Shown: piece by piece, positions 25,232 to 34,863 of the stretch | Layout of the letters: every line of letters begins with the position of its first letter | Position numbering within the stretch: the first letter of the stretch is position 1 | Origin: a virus | Lineage: Duplodnaviria; Caudoviricetes | DNA: 37,362 nt | Direction: 5' to 3' (one strand) | IMG/VR virus record: IMGVR_UViG_3300037408_000071 | Span: 1-37,362 of that record | Position numbers and translations under genes: made by a program | Notes under the pieces: model-generated | Told to the model about the DNA's origin: nothing | The model's input: only the letters and a program-made list of their open reading frames with translations | Databases searched by the model: none

Positions 25232-27121
25232 TTACGGGCTACCGCTGGCGAGCGTCGGCGCGGAGCGCCCTACATTGGTACCGTCATCCGCGCTGACGAA
25301 TAATTCCTCGGTGTTGTCGAACCAAGTGAAGGAAAAGGCCCCGTCTCCGCTTCGGGAAGTAGCAAGCACCTTCTCGCCGGATCCAGCGCGGTGCAGCGCG
25401 AGATTCACGGTGCCCGTAAACCCGCTGATGGAGTCGGCGGCCGTGAACGTGATCGTGTGGTAAGTGAGCAGCATGGACAGCGAGTTCCAGCCGGCCACAG
25501 CGAAGTTGAACACTCGCCAGCGCCGCGCTGTCTCGATGTCCATGCGGTCCGCGTCGGTGTCGCCGGGCCAGCGTTTGAACAGCAGTCGCATCTGCGCAAA
25601 CGCAAAATATGCGCCAATCTCGGCGTCGCTCGACACCTGATCCTGATAGACCACTTCCCAGGTAACGCCGCCCTCTGCCGCCAGCCGCTCGACTTGCACG
25701 ATGAACCCGGCTGGAACCGTGCTGGAAAGGTGGGCAAGACGAATGCCGATGGCCGTTATGTAGTAATTGGCCTCGGGAATGGTCGGAGCCAATGCGGAAA
25801 TCGCCTGCCATGTCGCCGCCGCCGCCGTGCCGTTCTGCGTGATGCCCCACTCGACGGTGTGGTTGTGCGCGCCGCTGCCCTGCGACGATTTCCCGCTGGT
25901 GTAGTTGATTAGCCAGAAACCAGAGCAATTCCAGCCGAAGTCGGCCGTATCGGTTCGGTAGGCGTCGAAGTTGAGCGAATTGCGGCCTCGCGCCAGCGTG
26001 AAGGCCGAATCGTTGCGGATCATCGCCGCATTGGTGCCGCACAGCACCGAGGCCGTGTCGGTGTACGCGACAAACGAGCCCGTGCCGATCCGCATGTTGA
26101 GGCCGCCGATCGCCGCCGCCTGCGTCCAGAACGGGAAAAACGCGATGCGCTGCCCGGTGATCGTGCCAGGTTCCTGAATGAACAGTTCTCGCGTGCCGCG
26201 CTGGTAGTCGCTCGAGGTCGTGCCGCCCATCGGCGAATCGACAGCGAGCGGCAGCATCACAGAGTTCATGATGCTGGTCGAGGTCGATTCATTGTACTCG
26301 TAGGTGACGACGAGGTAGGCCTGCGCGTGGTTGCAGCGGGCAATGGTCGCCGTCGGCTGCCAGTTTTGCGTCGCGGCTGTGCTGGGCCATGCGCTCGTCA
26401 GTTCCCATACATATCGGAAAAACCGATCCGAGGCGAGGGCGCCCTCGTAGTTGCCCGTCGTGACGGTAGCCGTGCCGACGCGCAGAGTCATCGTGTGGTC
26501 GGTGGTCGCGGCGTTGCGCGCCTCATTGCCCTGCAAAACCACATGGATGTTGCGGTAGACCTTGCTGGCCTCCGGCAGGTAGGTGTCGAGCGCCGGAATC
26601 GTGTCCCGCGTTGTCGCCGACGTGTCCATCGCTCCCGTCGGCATATTCAGCGGGATCATCACCGTCTTGACTTGCGTCGTGCTGGTGTCGTCGTACTCGT
26701 AGGTGATGTCGAGGGTCACGCAGACATTGACCATGCCCAGCGTCGTGCCGGTCGATTGGTTGATCTGCAACTGGAAGTCGCAGGTCATCGAAGTGCCGGA
26801 CCAGTTCGTATTGAAGTGCGCGGTGTAGTCCTGCGCCAAATACAGCGACAGGTTCTCGCCCGAGTTGGTCAGCGTGTTGCCATTCGCGACGCTGGTATAA
26901 CCTGCGGCTCCCAACCGCAGGTTCAGGGTCTTGGTCGTCACGGTGCCGCCCGTGGCGGTGATGATGTCATCCATCGTCACCGTCGCGACGACGCTGCGGA
27001 AGGTCTTGGTGCCCGTCTCTGGCAGGTAGATCGTGATCTGCGTGAGATTCGTGAGCGCGTTGTTCGTCAGCGACGCCAGCGCCGGAAAGGCGTACTTGAC
27101 GGTTTTCAGCCGGGTCGCCAC
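25232..27121 (-). CDS. Thr-rich beta-sandwich-type hypothetical structural protein (629 aa)
   Basis: AAGGAG RBS with GTG start; internally repeated motif TYEY..STT....VM.PL. Confidence 0.8.
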   Translation of the reverse strand: MATRLKTVKYAFPALASLTNNALTNLTQITIYLPETGTKTFRSVVATVTMDDIITATGGTVTTKTLNLRLGAAGYTSVANGNTLTNSGENLSLYLAQDYTAHFNTNWSGTSMTCDFQLQINQSTGTTLGMVNVCVTLDITYEYDDTSTTQVKTVMIPLNMPTGAMDTSATTRDTIPALDTYLPEASKVYRNIHVVLQGNEARNAATTDHTMTLRVGTATVTTGNYEGALASDRFFRYVWELTSAWPSTAATQNWQPTATIARCNHAQAYLVVTYEYNESTSTSIMNSVMLPLAVDSPMGGTTSSDYQRGTRELFIQEPGTITGQRIAFFPFWTQAAAIGGLNMRIGTGSFVAYTDTASVLCGTNAAMIRNDSAFTLARGRNSLNFDAYRTDTADFGWNCSGFWLINYTSGKSSQGSGAHNHTVEWGITQNGTAAAATWQAISALAPTIPEANYYITAIGIRLAHLSSTVPAGFIVQVERLAAEGGVTWEVVYQDQVSSDAEIGAYFAFAQMRLLFKRWPGDTDADRMDIETARRWRVFNFAVAGWNSLSMLLTYHTITFTAADSISGFTGTVNLALHRAGSGEKVLATSRSGDGAFSFTWFDNTEELFVSADDGTNVGRSAPTLASGSP

Positions 27122-27148
27122 GGGTTACTCCTTCCTGGCCGCGTCAGG

Positions 27149-27922
27149 TCACGCGCACTTCGCCACGATGACCGCGTCAGCCGGCAGCTTGGCGCCCTTC
27201 TTGCTGAGCGCAACAGACTCGCGCGGGATCGCGTACCAGTCGGCTTTCTTGCGGGCGTCCTTTACGATCGCTCCGCACGGCAGGCCGAGCGCGACCGTGC
27301 CGACTTGCTGCTGCAGGCCGTTGCGCCACAGCCGCGCTGTCGTGGCGACCGTGACGACCGGGGCCGTCGGCTTGGTGTTGATCGTGACTGCCGCGCTGCT
27401 CGAGGCGCTGGCGAGCGTCACTACCTTGGTCGGCTTGGCGCTCATGTCGGAGTCGATGCCCTGGGCGTTGCTCGCCTTGACGCCGAAATGCCATGTTCCG
27501 GCCGCGAGGCCAGTCACCATGTAGGCCCTGACCGTCGCAGCAACCGGAATCGGCGTGGCCGCGTCTACGCCGGCCGCGCTGGTGGCCGCGTACACCTTGA
27601 AACCGGCCAGGTCGGTAAACGGTGAGCCGTCGGTGTTGGTCGTCGGTGCCGTCCAAGACAGCTGCGCGCTGCCGCTGCCCTCGCTGCACGTCAGCGTGTA
27701 GGTCGCCGAGGCGCGAACGTCGGTCAGGGTTTGCGTGCCGCTGATCGCCTTGGTGCCCGACCAGCCGCCGGACGCCGCGCAGGACGAGGCGCCCGTCGAT
27801 GACCAGGTGAGCGTGACCGAGGCCGGACTGATCGCCTGGCTCGGCGTTGCGGTGATCGTGACAGTCGGAACTGCATGCGTTGAGAACGCGAGCAGCAGAA
27901 GGGCCAGCAATGAATAGCGCAT
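27149..27922 (-). CDS. Signal-peptide-bearing Ig/FN3-domain protein (257 aa)
   Basis: MRYSLLALLLLAFSTHA signal-like start; LSWTAPTTNTDGS..TDLAGFKVY...GL.AGTWHF.VKA.N..G..S FN3 signature. Confidence 0.8.
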   Translation of the reverse strand: MRYSLLALLLLAFSTHAVPTVTITATPSQAISPASVTLTWSSTGASSCAASGGWSGTKAISGTQTLTDVRASATYTLTCSEGSGSAQLSWTAPTTNTDGSPFTDLAGFKVYAATSAAGVDAATPIPVAATVRAYMVTGLAAGTWHFGVKASNAQGIDSDMSAKPTKVVTLASASSSAAVTINTKPTAPVVTVATTARLWRNGLQQQVGTVALGLPCGAIVKDARKKADWYAIPRESVALSKKGAKLPADAVIVAKCA

Positions 27923-27926
27923 GATT

Positions 27927-28874
27927 TCACTCCTCGATGATCGTGCCGGGGATGACCCCGGTGGTTAGCGTGGCGTTGCGAGCACAGACAGCGACGACCG
28001 TATCGACGGCGAGCCCGCTGCAGCCGACGTCGGCCGCAGGAACCTTGAGCACGGCGCGTTCGGCATCGCCGGTGCCTTCGGTCGCTGATTCAAAGGCCTT
28101 TCCGTTCGCAGACCCGTAGCGGGTCGTGCCGGTGATGTAGTTGCTGCCGCCTGGGGCGCTATGCACGACCACTTCGACGCCAGTTGCATTGGCGGCGCTC
28201 GGGTGAGTGAGGGCCTTTAGGAACTTGCTAAGCGCCCCCTCCGTTAGAGCCGCCGCGAACGTGTATCCGTCGTTTGACGCGCCGCCGTTTGTGATGTCTC
28301 CGGCAGCGACAGCTGATGCCGTCGTCTGGATTCGATAACACACCGCCGCGCTCATGTCCGAACCAACGGCGTTGTATTGGTACTCGGACAGCATCGTGTC
28401 GCCAGCCGGTGCAGTCGTCCAAGTACCATCGTCGTTACTAGTCAGGCCACCGCGAATCACCAAGCAGTTGTTGACGCTCGGGGTGATCCCGGCGCACCAG
28501 ATATTGCCATTGGGCGATGTTTCGGCGGCAAAAAACGTGCTCCAATTTGCCGAAAGGTTCAGTAGAGATCCGAGATTCGTGTTTCCGCCTGACCAGCGAC
28601 TAACAACTGCGCAGGCGCTTGTGGAGCCAGTAAAGGTTAGCGACAACGAATCATTGGCGCCGCCATCTGAGACTCTAGCGAAAAGCGCGATGCGCCCGCT
28701 GTTGACGATCGCTGTCCATCCGGTAGACGCGCTGACCGTGATGGCCGCTTCCCGTGAGAATCCGAACGCCAGCAATATCCCGCCGGACCCCGATGGAGTT
28801 CCTGGGGTTAAGACGCGATTCGTGCCTTCGTCTGCCGCCCAGGTGCCTACTGTAGGTGAATTACCCCATGCCAT
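27927..28874 (-). CDS. Hypothetical beta-rich structural protein (315 aa)
   Basis: TAATG coupling; Gly/Ser/Thr-rich; somewhat lower GC. Confidence 0.75.
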   Translation of the reverse strand: MAWGNSPTVGTWAADEGTNRVLTPGTPSGSGGILLAFGFSREAAITVSASTGWTAIVNSGRIALFARVSDGGANDSLSLTFTGSTSACAVVSRWSGGNTNLGSLLNLSANWSTFFAAETSPNGNIWCAGITPSVNNCLVIRGGLTSNDDGTWTTAPAGDTMLSEYQYNAVGSDMSAAVCYRIQTTASAVAAGDITNGGASNDGYTFAAALTEGALSKFLKALTHPSAANATGVEVVVHSAPGGSNYITGTTRYGSANGKAFESATEGTGDAERAVLKVPAADVGCSGLAVDTVVAVCARNATLTTGVIPGTIIEE

Positions 28875-31621
28875 TACGGATTCCCTCCCGGCGCAACATC
28901 GTTGAACGAGCCGCCGTTGCGAATGATCTTCATGTTGTCGTACTCGATGTGCCGAGTCGTGACGTTGCTGGCGCCGATCTCCCAGCCGCGCTTGTAGATG
29001 CCGAATTTGTAGTACGGGATCGCGCCTTGCAGAAGGGGCGCTGACTGGTAGTCGTTCGATCCAACCGGACCGACGTAGTTAAGCCTCTGCGTGTAAACAG
29101 ATTCTCCAGCCCGCTTCGTCCATAGCTGGACGAGGCCCGTGCCGCCGCTGTTGGATGCATCCATCCAGTTCGACGGGTACTGAATAAGCGGGTTCTGCGC
29201 CGCCCCCCGCTGCCGCCAGTCCCACACGACGCGCCACACCCAGTCAGACCAGATGCCCGCGTAATCGGACAGCGCGCCGATGGTGCAGCGCCATTCGTAC
29301 CCGGCACCGTAATACTCGGAACCCATTGACGGCCGGCTGCTGTTCGCCGGGATCAGGTCGCACCAGCGTCCGATCAACCGGAGGTTGCCGTTCGTCCACG
29401 TCCACAGCGCCAGCACAGGGGAGCTGTCCCAGCGGGATATCCCGCCGGCCCACGTTCCCTGCACGGTGTTGCCGTTGTGCCATTGACCGATGACCTCGCT
29501 GTGCGTCGTATCCGTTGGGTACGGACTCACCAGCCGCATCGAATAGCCGACCCATTGCTCGATCGGCTGCGGGACTACCGCCGATGTGCAGAACGGGACG
29601 GTGTCACCGACGCCAGATGAGTATTCGTTGCGCCAATCCGCCGATGAGTTACGCGTCAGGGTGAAGCGCATCGACTTCGTGCCGGTGCGCGGCGTAGTCG
29701 TCTGGAACGAGCGCGTGTCGCCCGTGCCGCCCGTGTTCGATAGTGACCAACCAGCGGGAGCCACGTCGGCAGAAGTCGGGTCGGTTTCCCAGGTCGTGTT
29801 GTGCATCACGATGCCGGCCGACGGTGGCGGAGCGGCCCACGCACTAGGCAGGGTAGTATTCGTGACCGCATTCGCAGAGTTGTTGATGTACTGCCGCACA
29901 CCCGTCGCTGATTCCCAGCGGAACTCAGGGCACGGCGCATAGGGAGGCCCGTATTCGGGCGGATCAAACCCGTTGTATATCGTCCAGACCGTGAAGTTGT
30001 TTTTGCGCTCGTTGTTCGCGAGGTTGTTGATCTCAGACTTCGTTCTGGATGTCCCACGGATGACTTGCATCTCAAACATTTGCCCGACGACGGCCCGCGA
30101 GTCAGTCGTGCCAAAGTCCCCGCCACGTCCACGGATGCACGACGCGCCCCATGACTCGTTGTCCGGGCTGTCGTAGGTGTAAATGTCCGGCCCGTTCATC
30201 CCGATGCCGTGCAGCACCATGCGGTCAGTCAGCGTCTTTGTGTCCGCCCGACTGTTGAGGTAGTTGTTGGCGATGAAAAACGGTGTCGTCGGCCATGCCG
30301 CTCGCGCCAACTGCGGCACCCTCAGCCATTGCGCCAAGCCATTGCTGGTGTTGTACCCGGTGAGATTGCTTGATGTCTCGCCGATCGTGACTGCAGCTAC
30401 TCGGGGGTCGCCGTTGTAAGCCGCTCCGAGGTGCTGGATCAGCGCGATGTACCGATCCATGCACCCGGCAATGTCCAGTCTTGCGCCCCAGCCTGCGTAT
30501 CCGTTCTGGTTGCCAGCCCAACCGTTCTGGATCACATAGTCCGGCGTACAGCGTTGCAGCGTCTCAGCGGTGCCCTGCGGCGCGGCGGGAACGCTGCCGC
30601 TGAAATTGAGGTGCCCGATGTTGATGATGGCTTTCTTGCCAAGCGAGGCGATGTAGGCAATCTCGCGCTCGAGGTAGGTCAGGTCGTAGCTTCCCTGCGT
30701 TGTCCGCTCAAGCCAGCCCCATTTGATCTCGAAAGCGACCCCGACGATATTGCTGTAGCCCGCGGTCGTCGCGTATTCGGTCTGACGCGCCGCATAGACG
30801 GAGGGCGTCGTTTGCTGGTTTGTCCTTGCGTAATGGCCTGGGTGCCACTTCACCTGTGACACGCTTGAAATCGTGACCGTCACCGGCCAGTCCGAGCTCA
30901 AGCCGCCAGCGTCGGTGACGCGCACGATCAGGTTGCGAACAGCCGCGGAGGCTGTCGTCTCAACACTCAAGACGCCGCTGGTCGGATTGATGCTGATGCC
31001 GACGTATGGCGTGCCGACAAGCGAATAAGCGATCGCGCCGCCGTCTGGATCGCTTGCGAAGCCGCTGAAATTGTAGGTCCCGCCGACGCCTTCCGTGAAC
31101 GTCAGGGCGCTGGCTGCGCCGACGAGTGACGGCGCGGAACCCGACGGCACGCCGATCGTGACCGTGCCGATCGTACCGTTCTGACCGGCTTCCCATGTCG
31201 GAAGCGACCAAGTGCAGGCGGCCAGGCTGCCAACGAGGCCGAAGCTGCCGCGTACCCATCGCGTTCCTGACTCAAAGCGCAGATACCAGCTGGCCGGATC
31301 CGGCGTGCCGCTCTGCGTAACGACGAACTGCGTGACCTCGCCGAGAGTGATGACACCGCCTGCCGTCGTGGCCCACGGCGTTCGCATGGTGCCCTGGCCC
31401 ATGATCGTGCCGTCGCCGTCGTAGACACGGACTGTAACGGGATCGACAAGCGCATCGAGGACCGCTTGAGCGCGGGCGGTTGGCGTTCCTTCTGCAAGGT
31501 ATTCGCCGAGTGTCGCGCTGTCGAGCAGGCCCTCGGTAAGGGCTGCTTCGATCGCTGCATAACGCTCGGTCCAATTTGGAGCGGTGTCGCGGAGCCGCAG
31601 GAACCAGGCCGGGCCGCTCAT
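28874..31621 (-). CDS. Multidomain putative depolymerase (915 aa): anchor domain, Ig/cadherin-like domain, clan-A-like glycoside hydrolase barrel, polysaccharide-lyase-like domain
   Basis: ASDPDG..I.YSL...GISINPTSGVL...VRVTDAGGLS (Ig); KWHPGHY...W..LE....G.YD...GET (GH-like); R.E...W.GYS...IGQWH...P.L...W.D.V....W...G.VQLW...YYKFGIYK...YDN (lyase-like). Confidence 0.75.
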   Translation of the reverse strand: MSGPAWFLRLRDTAPNWTERYAAIEAALTEGLLDSATLGEYLAEGTPTARAQAVLDALVDPVTVRVYDGDGTIMGQGTMRTPWATTAGGVITLGEVTQFVVTQSGTPDPASWYLRFESGTRWVRGSFGLVGSLAACTWSLPTWEAGQNGTIGTVTIGVPSGSAPSLVGAASALTFTEGVGGTYNFSGFASDPDGGAIAYSLVGTPYVGISINPTSGVLSVETTASAAVRNLIVRVTDAGGLSSDWPVTVTISSVSQVKWHPGHYARTNQQTTPSVYAARQTEYATTAGYSNIVGVAFEIKWGWLERTTQGSYDLTYLEREIAYIASLGKKAIINIGHLNFSGSVPAAPQGTAETLQRCTPDYVIQNGWAGNQNGYAGWGARLDIAGCMDRYIALIQHLGAAYNGDPRVAAVTIGETSSNLTGYNTSNGLAQWLRVPQLARAAWPTTPFFIANNYLNSRADTKTLTDRMVLHGIGMNGPDIYTYDSPDNESWGASCIRGRGGDFGTTDSRAVVGQMFEMQVIRGTSRTKSEINNLANNERKNNFTVWTIYNGFDPPEYGPPYAPCPEFRWESATGVRQYINNSANAVTNTTLPSAWAAPPPSAGIVMHNTTWETDPTSADVAPAGWSLSNTGGTGDTRSFQTTTPRTGTKSMRFTLTRNSSADWRNEYSSGVGDTVPFCTSAVVPQPIEQWVGYSMRLVSPYPTDTTHSEVIGQWHNGNTVQGTWAGGISRWDSSPVLALWTWTNGNLRLIGRWCDLIPANSSRPSMGSEYYGAGYEWRCTIGALSDYAGIWSDWVWRVVWDWRQRGAAQNPLIQYPSNWMDASNSGGTGLVQLWTKRAGESVYTQRLNYVGPVGSNDYQSAPLLQGAIPYYKFGIYKRGWEIGASNVTTRHIEYDNMKIIRNGGSFNDVAPGGNP

Positions 31622-31845
31622 GGCAGCCCCAAGGTGGCGTCGATCTCCCCCGCTGACTGTGCGACGGCCGACGCCGTCACGCGGATGCGGATGATCCCGC
31701 GCCGAAGCTCATAATCTCCGGGGCCCGCCGTGTTGGCGTGCCGCAGGGCGCTGGTCCATGCCTCGCGCTCTTGGCGATGACGCGATATGAGGGTCGCGCC
31801 ACGCCAGAGCTCGAGCCATCCAGCCTCGGAGACATCGACCTGCAT
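31618..31845 (-). CDS. Hypothetical protein (75 aa)
   Basis: Fills the gap; ATGA overlap with the downstream gene. Confidence 0.6.
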   Translation of the reverse strand: MQVDVSEAGWLELWRGATLISRHRQEREAWTSALRHANTAGPGDYELRRGIIRIRVTASAVAQSAGEIDATLGLP

Positions 31846-31848
31846 TGC

Positions 31849-32370
31849 TTACTGCACGGTGACGGTCAGGGCGCCGATCGCGAACGAGACGGTGTCGCCG
31901 CTATTGATCGTCTTCGGCACCGTCAGGTCGTCGCAGATCAACAGGTTGCCGGCGCTGACGGCGTCAGCCAGGAACCAATGCGTCACGTTGCCCCACGTCC
32001 CCGACGGGGTCGCGAAGTTCACCGCACCGTTGTTGCTGGTCTGGCCGCCCGTGCCGCTTGAGGCCGTCGTGCTGCCCGACGACTGCGTGCCGGCGAAGTT
32101 CGCCAGCGACGCCGTAACCGAAGCGCGCGAGTAGTTGTTGCCAGAGACTTCCGTGCCGAACGAGTTGTCGCTGCACGCCGTCGTGGACAGGCCGACGTAG
32201 ATCGTGGCGGGCGGGGTGAAGGTCTGACCGCGAACCAGAAGGTCCACGATCTTGTTTTCGACGTAATCGCTGAACGCCTGGGCCTGCGAGGCCTGCGGCG
32301 CGAGGGCGGTAAACGCAACCAGCGCGACGAGGGCAAGGGCGCGGGCGCGGTTCAGGATGGATGCGAACAT
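31849..32370 (-). CDS. Small phage structural (fibre/decoration-type) protein with N-terminal signal-like peptide (173 aa)
   Basis: AFSDYVENKIVD...YVGLST...EVSG..Y.R...F.TP..TWG.VTH..L.DA..AGNLL...L..PKTIN.GD...F..G.L motif, preceded by RARALALVALVAFTALAPQASQAQA; AGGAG RBS. Confidence 0.8.
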   Translation of the reverse strand: MFASILNRARALALVALVAFTALAPQASQAQAFSDYVENKIVDLLVRGQTFTPPATIYVGLSTTACSDNSFGTEVSGNNYSRASVTASLANFAGTQSSGSTTASSGTGGQTSNNGAVNFATPSGTWGNVTHWFLADAVSAGNLLICDDLTVPKTINSGDTVSFAIGALTVTVQ

Positions 32371-32382
32371 TGGCGGAATCTC

Positions 32383-34860
32383 CTACTGGTTGGACTCAAC
32401 GGTTGCTTCGATCAGCCGCCCCTCGGGGTCGGTGATGCGAATGACTTTGCTGCGCGGGCCGACGGGCTGCAGCTGGCGGCCGGGCTGGCCTGCCATGGCG
32501 GCGAACTGCTGCATGGCGGCGGCGATCTGCTGCATGGACTGCGCGAGCTCGGAGCGAAGCTGGGCGTTCTGCTGCATTGCCATCGCGCCCTGCTGGCGGA
32601 TGAACTCCTGCAACTGCTGCCCCTGCTCGAGCATCGCGGCCATGGCATCGAGGGTCGCTGCCTGCCCTTCGCGCGCCATCGGATCGGGGGCGGCCCCAGG
32701 CGGCGGGGCGCCGCGGGCGGCGGGGGGTCCGCTTGGCTGCGCTGATCCTTCCGCCGGGGCCATTGATTTGCTGCCGCCGGCCGGGGCCTCGCCTTGCGGG
32801 GTGCGCTCGAGGTCCACGGCGACCATGCCAGCATCGAGCATGGCGCGGATCTGGTCGGCCTCGGCGTCGGTCTTGTCGGCCTTGGCCTCGTCCACGGCGA
32901 TCTTCGCGGCGAAGGCGTGCTTCTGCAGCATCGCGGCCTCGGCTTCCTCGGCCTTCTGCTCGGGCGTCTTGGCCTCGCCGCGCGCCTCGGCGATCAGCTG
33001 CCGGATGCGCTGGATCATTTCTTCCTTGCCGGGGAAGTCGTTGGCGTCTACGACGATGTCGAGCAGGCCAATGGCGATCGCCGGCGCGACCGGGGCGACG
33101 ATCTTGAGCATTTCGAGCAGCTGCTCAAACATCGCCTGGCGCATCGTGGCGCGGTAGTCCTGCTCGTCCACCACGAAATCAGCGTGTGACTGAGTGATGT
33201 CGTTGAGGAACTTCACGGAGCCGTCGGGCTGCAGTTCGGGCTGGTTGATGTTGACCCAGTCGATTTTCGGCTGCGCCTCGCCTACCTGTGTCTCGGTGAG
33301 GCGGATGACCTTCGGCATCGAGTAGAACTTTTCGACGTTCGACAGCGATTTCTGGCCGCTCACGCTGATTGCGAGCCGGTAGTTGTCGAAGATCCCGGCC
33401 GTCGCGATCTGCCCCTGCTCCTGCCGGGCCGTGATCGCCGTGCCCGAGGTCGCGTTGGTGCGGCGGCCGAGCAGTTCGTCGGTGACGCCCGAGGCGGACT
33501 GCAGGAATTGACGGTCGAGGGCCAGGATCTCGGAGTGGCCGCGGATCTCGGCGAAGTCGCGGCGGATCTCGAACTTGGCGTCGCCGCGCTTCAGGACGAA
33601 ATAGCCCTGCGGGTTGCTGGCGTTGTCGAGCGCGTCCTGCAGCGTGTAGCCGTCCTTTTCGGTCGAGAACGTGCCTTCTTCGACAATCAGCTGGTTGACG
33701 GAGAGCAGGAACAGCGATTTCGACATGCGCTTGTTCATGTCCATCTGCGGGTCGCGCATCGGCCGGACGTGGCCGTAGGGCATGCCGTCGCGACCGCGGC
33801 GGAAGCAATACAGGGGCGTCAGCGGGAACTGGTTGTGCGCGAAAGGCGTCTCGCAGTCCTCGAGCAGTTCCGCATCGGTCATGAACGCCAGGCGGACGCG
33901 CAGCACGATCGCGCTGACCGCGTCGCAGCTGCCGCTTTGCACCGCTTTCTGGTGCGCCGGCAGCTGTTCGTTGTAAATGTCGCCATGGTAGGCGCCGCCA
34001 AAGAGCACCTTGGCTTCCTCGGGCTCGCGATACCAGCCCTCGTAGACTTTCACGCGCCTGCGGTCGTTATCGACGCTCGATCCGGTCATCGACAGGCTGC
34101 GGGTCGCGCTCGCGCGGTGCGTCTGCGGGTCGCGCAGGTTCGCCCCGAGGTACCAGAGCTCGTCGTCGGCGTCTGCCGTCAGCTGGTCGGCGCCCATCGC
34201 CATGCGCTCAAGGGCCGCGGAGTGCTTCGGCCAGAGGGCTTGGGCTACGTCGAGGTCGAGGTAGCGCCACCGGAACAGGTAGCGCATGTCCTTGCCGTCG
34301 GGCCGCTTGTGGTAGCTGTCGTGCAGGACGTTGCGCCACGACTCATGGCCCGAATAGAGCACGTCGTCGGTCGCGTCCATCGAAAGCGAGTCTTCCAGCC
34401 AGCTGAGGCCGCTGATGGCCGCCTCGGCGAAGGCCTGGGAGCGCGTGAACGGGGTGCGATTGACGTCGGAGAGGTACTTGAGCACCTTGGAGCGGATCGT
34501 CGCGCCTTCGCTGTCGCTCGCCTCGCGTGGCAGGACGCGCCAATCGACCCGGTTGCGCTTCTCCGCACCGAGGATCCAGTCGATCGACACCTTGACCTCG
34601 TTGAAAACGAGCGGTGCCTGGCCGCGCGCCTCGATCTCGCGGGCGTCTTCCTCGGACCATTGCAGGCCGTCGTAGTAATCGGCGTCGATCGCCATTTCGG
34701 CGCGGTTTTCAGCCTGCCGATCCCGCTCATGCTCGAGCCACGATCGCAGCTTGGAGAACTTCGCAGTCAGCGCGGCGTCTTCACGATCGGCGGTTTCCGG
34801 GCGATCTTCGACCTCCGGCACGTTGCCGGTCATCGTGTGTACGACGCGAAGGGAGTCCAC
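32383..34860 (-). CDS. Portal protein, P22-like, with C-terminal extension (825 aa)
   Basis: DYYDGLQWSEED...RGQAPLVFN; FPLTP...R...GMPYGHVR.MRDPQ...NKRMSK; SGVTDELLG..TNATSG.AI.ARQEQG. Confidence 0.92.
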   Translation of the reverse strand: MDSLRVVHTMTGNVPEVEDRPETADREDAALTAKFSKLRSWLEHERDRQAENRAEMAIDADYYDGLQWSEEDAREIEARGQAPLVFNEVKVSIDWILGAEKRNRVDWRVLPREASDSEGATIRSKVLKYLSDVNRTPFTRSQAFAEAAISGLSWLEDSLSMDATDDVLYSGHESWRNVLHDSYHKRPDGKDMRYLFRWRYLDLDVAQALWPKHSAALERMAMGADQLTADADDELWYLGANLRDPQTHRASATRSLSMTGSSVDNDRRRVKVYEGWYREPEEAKVLFGGAYHGDIYNEQLPAHQKAVQSGSCDAVSAIVLRVRLAFMTDAELLEDCETPFAHNQFPLTPLYCFRRGRDGMPYGHVRPMRDPQMDMNKRMSKSLFLLSVNQLIVEEGTFSTEKDGYTLQDALDNASNPQGYFVLKRGDAKFEIRRDFAEIRGHSEILALDRQFLQSASGVTDELLGRRTNATSGTAITARQEQGQIATAGIFDNYRLAISVSGQKSLSNVEKFYSMPKVIRLTETQVGEAQPKIDWVNINQPELQPDGSVKFLNDITQSHADFVVDEQDYRATMRQAMFEQLLEMLKIVAPVAPAIAIGLLDIVVDANDFPGKEEMIQRIRQLIAEARGEAKTPEQKAEEAEAAMLQKHAFAAKIAVDEAKADKTDAEADQIRAMLDAGMVAVDLERTPQGEAPAGGSKSMAPAEGSAQPSGPPAARGAPPPGAAPDPMAREGQAATLDAMAAMLEQGQQLQEFIRQQGAMAMQQNAQLRSELAQSMQQIAAAMQQFAAMAGQPGRQLQPVGPRSKVIRITDPEGRLIEATVESNQ

Positions 34861-34863
34861 CGG

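Noticed and set aside
31571-31583. CGCTCCAAATTG as a sixth promoter box
   Set aside because: Mismatched box, intragenic, and no NANNNT hexamer at the 13-nt spacing.
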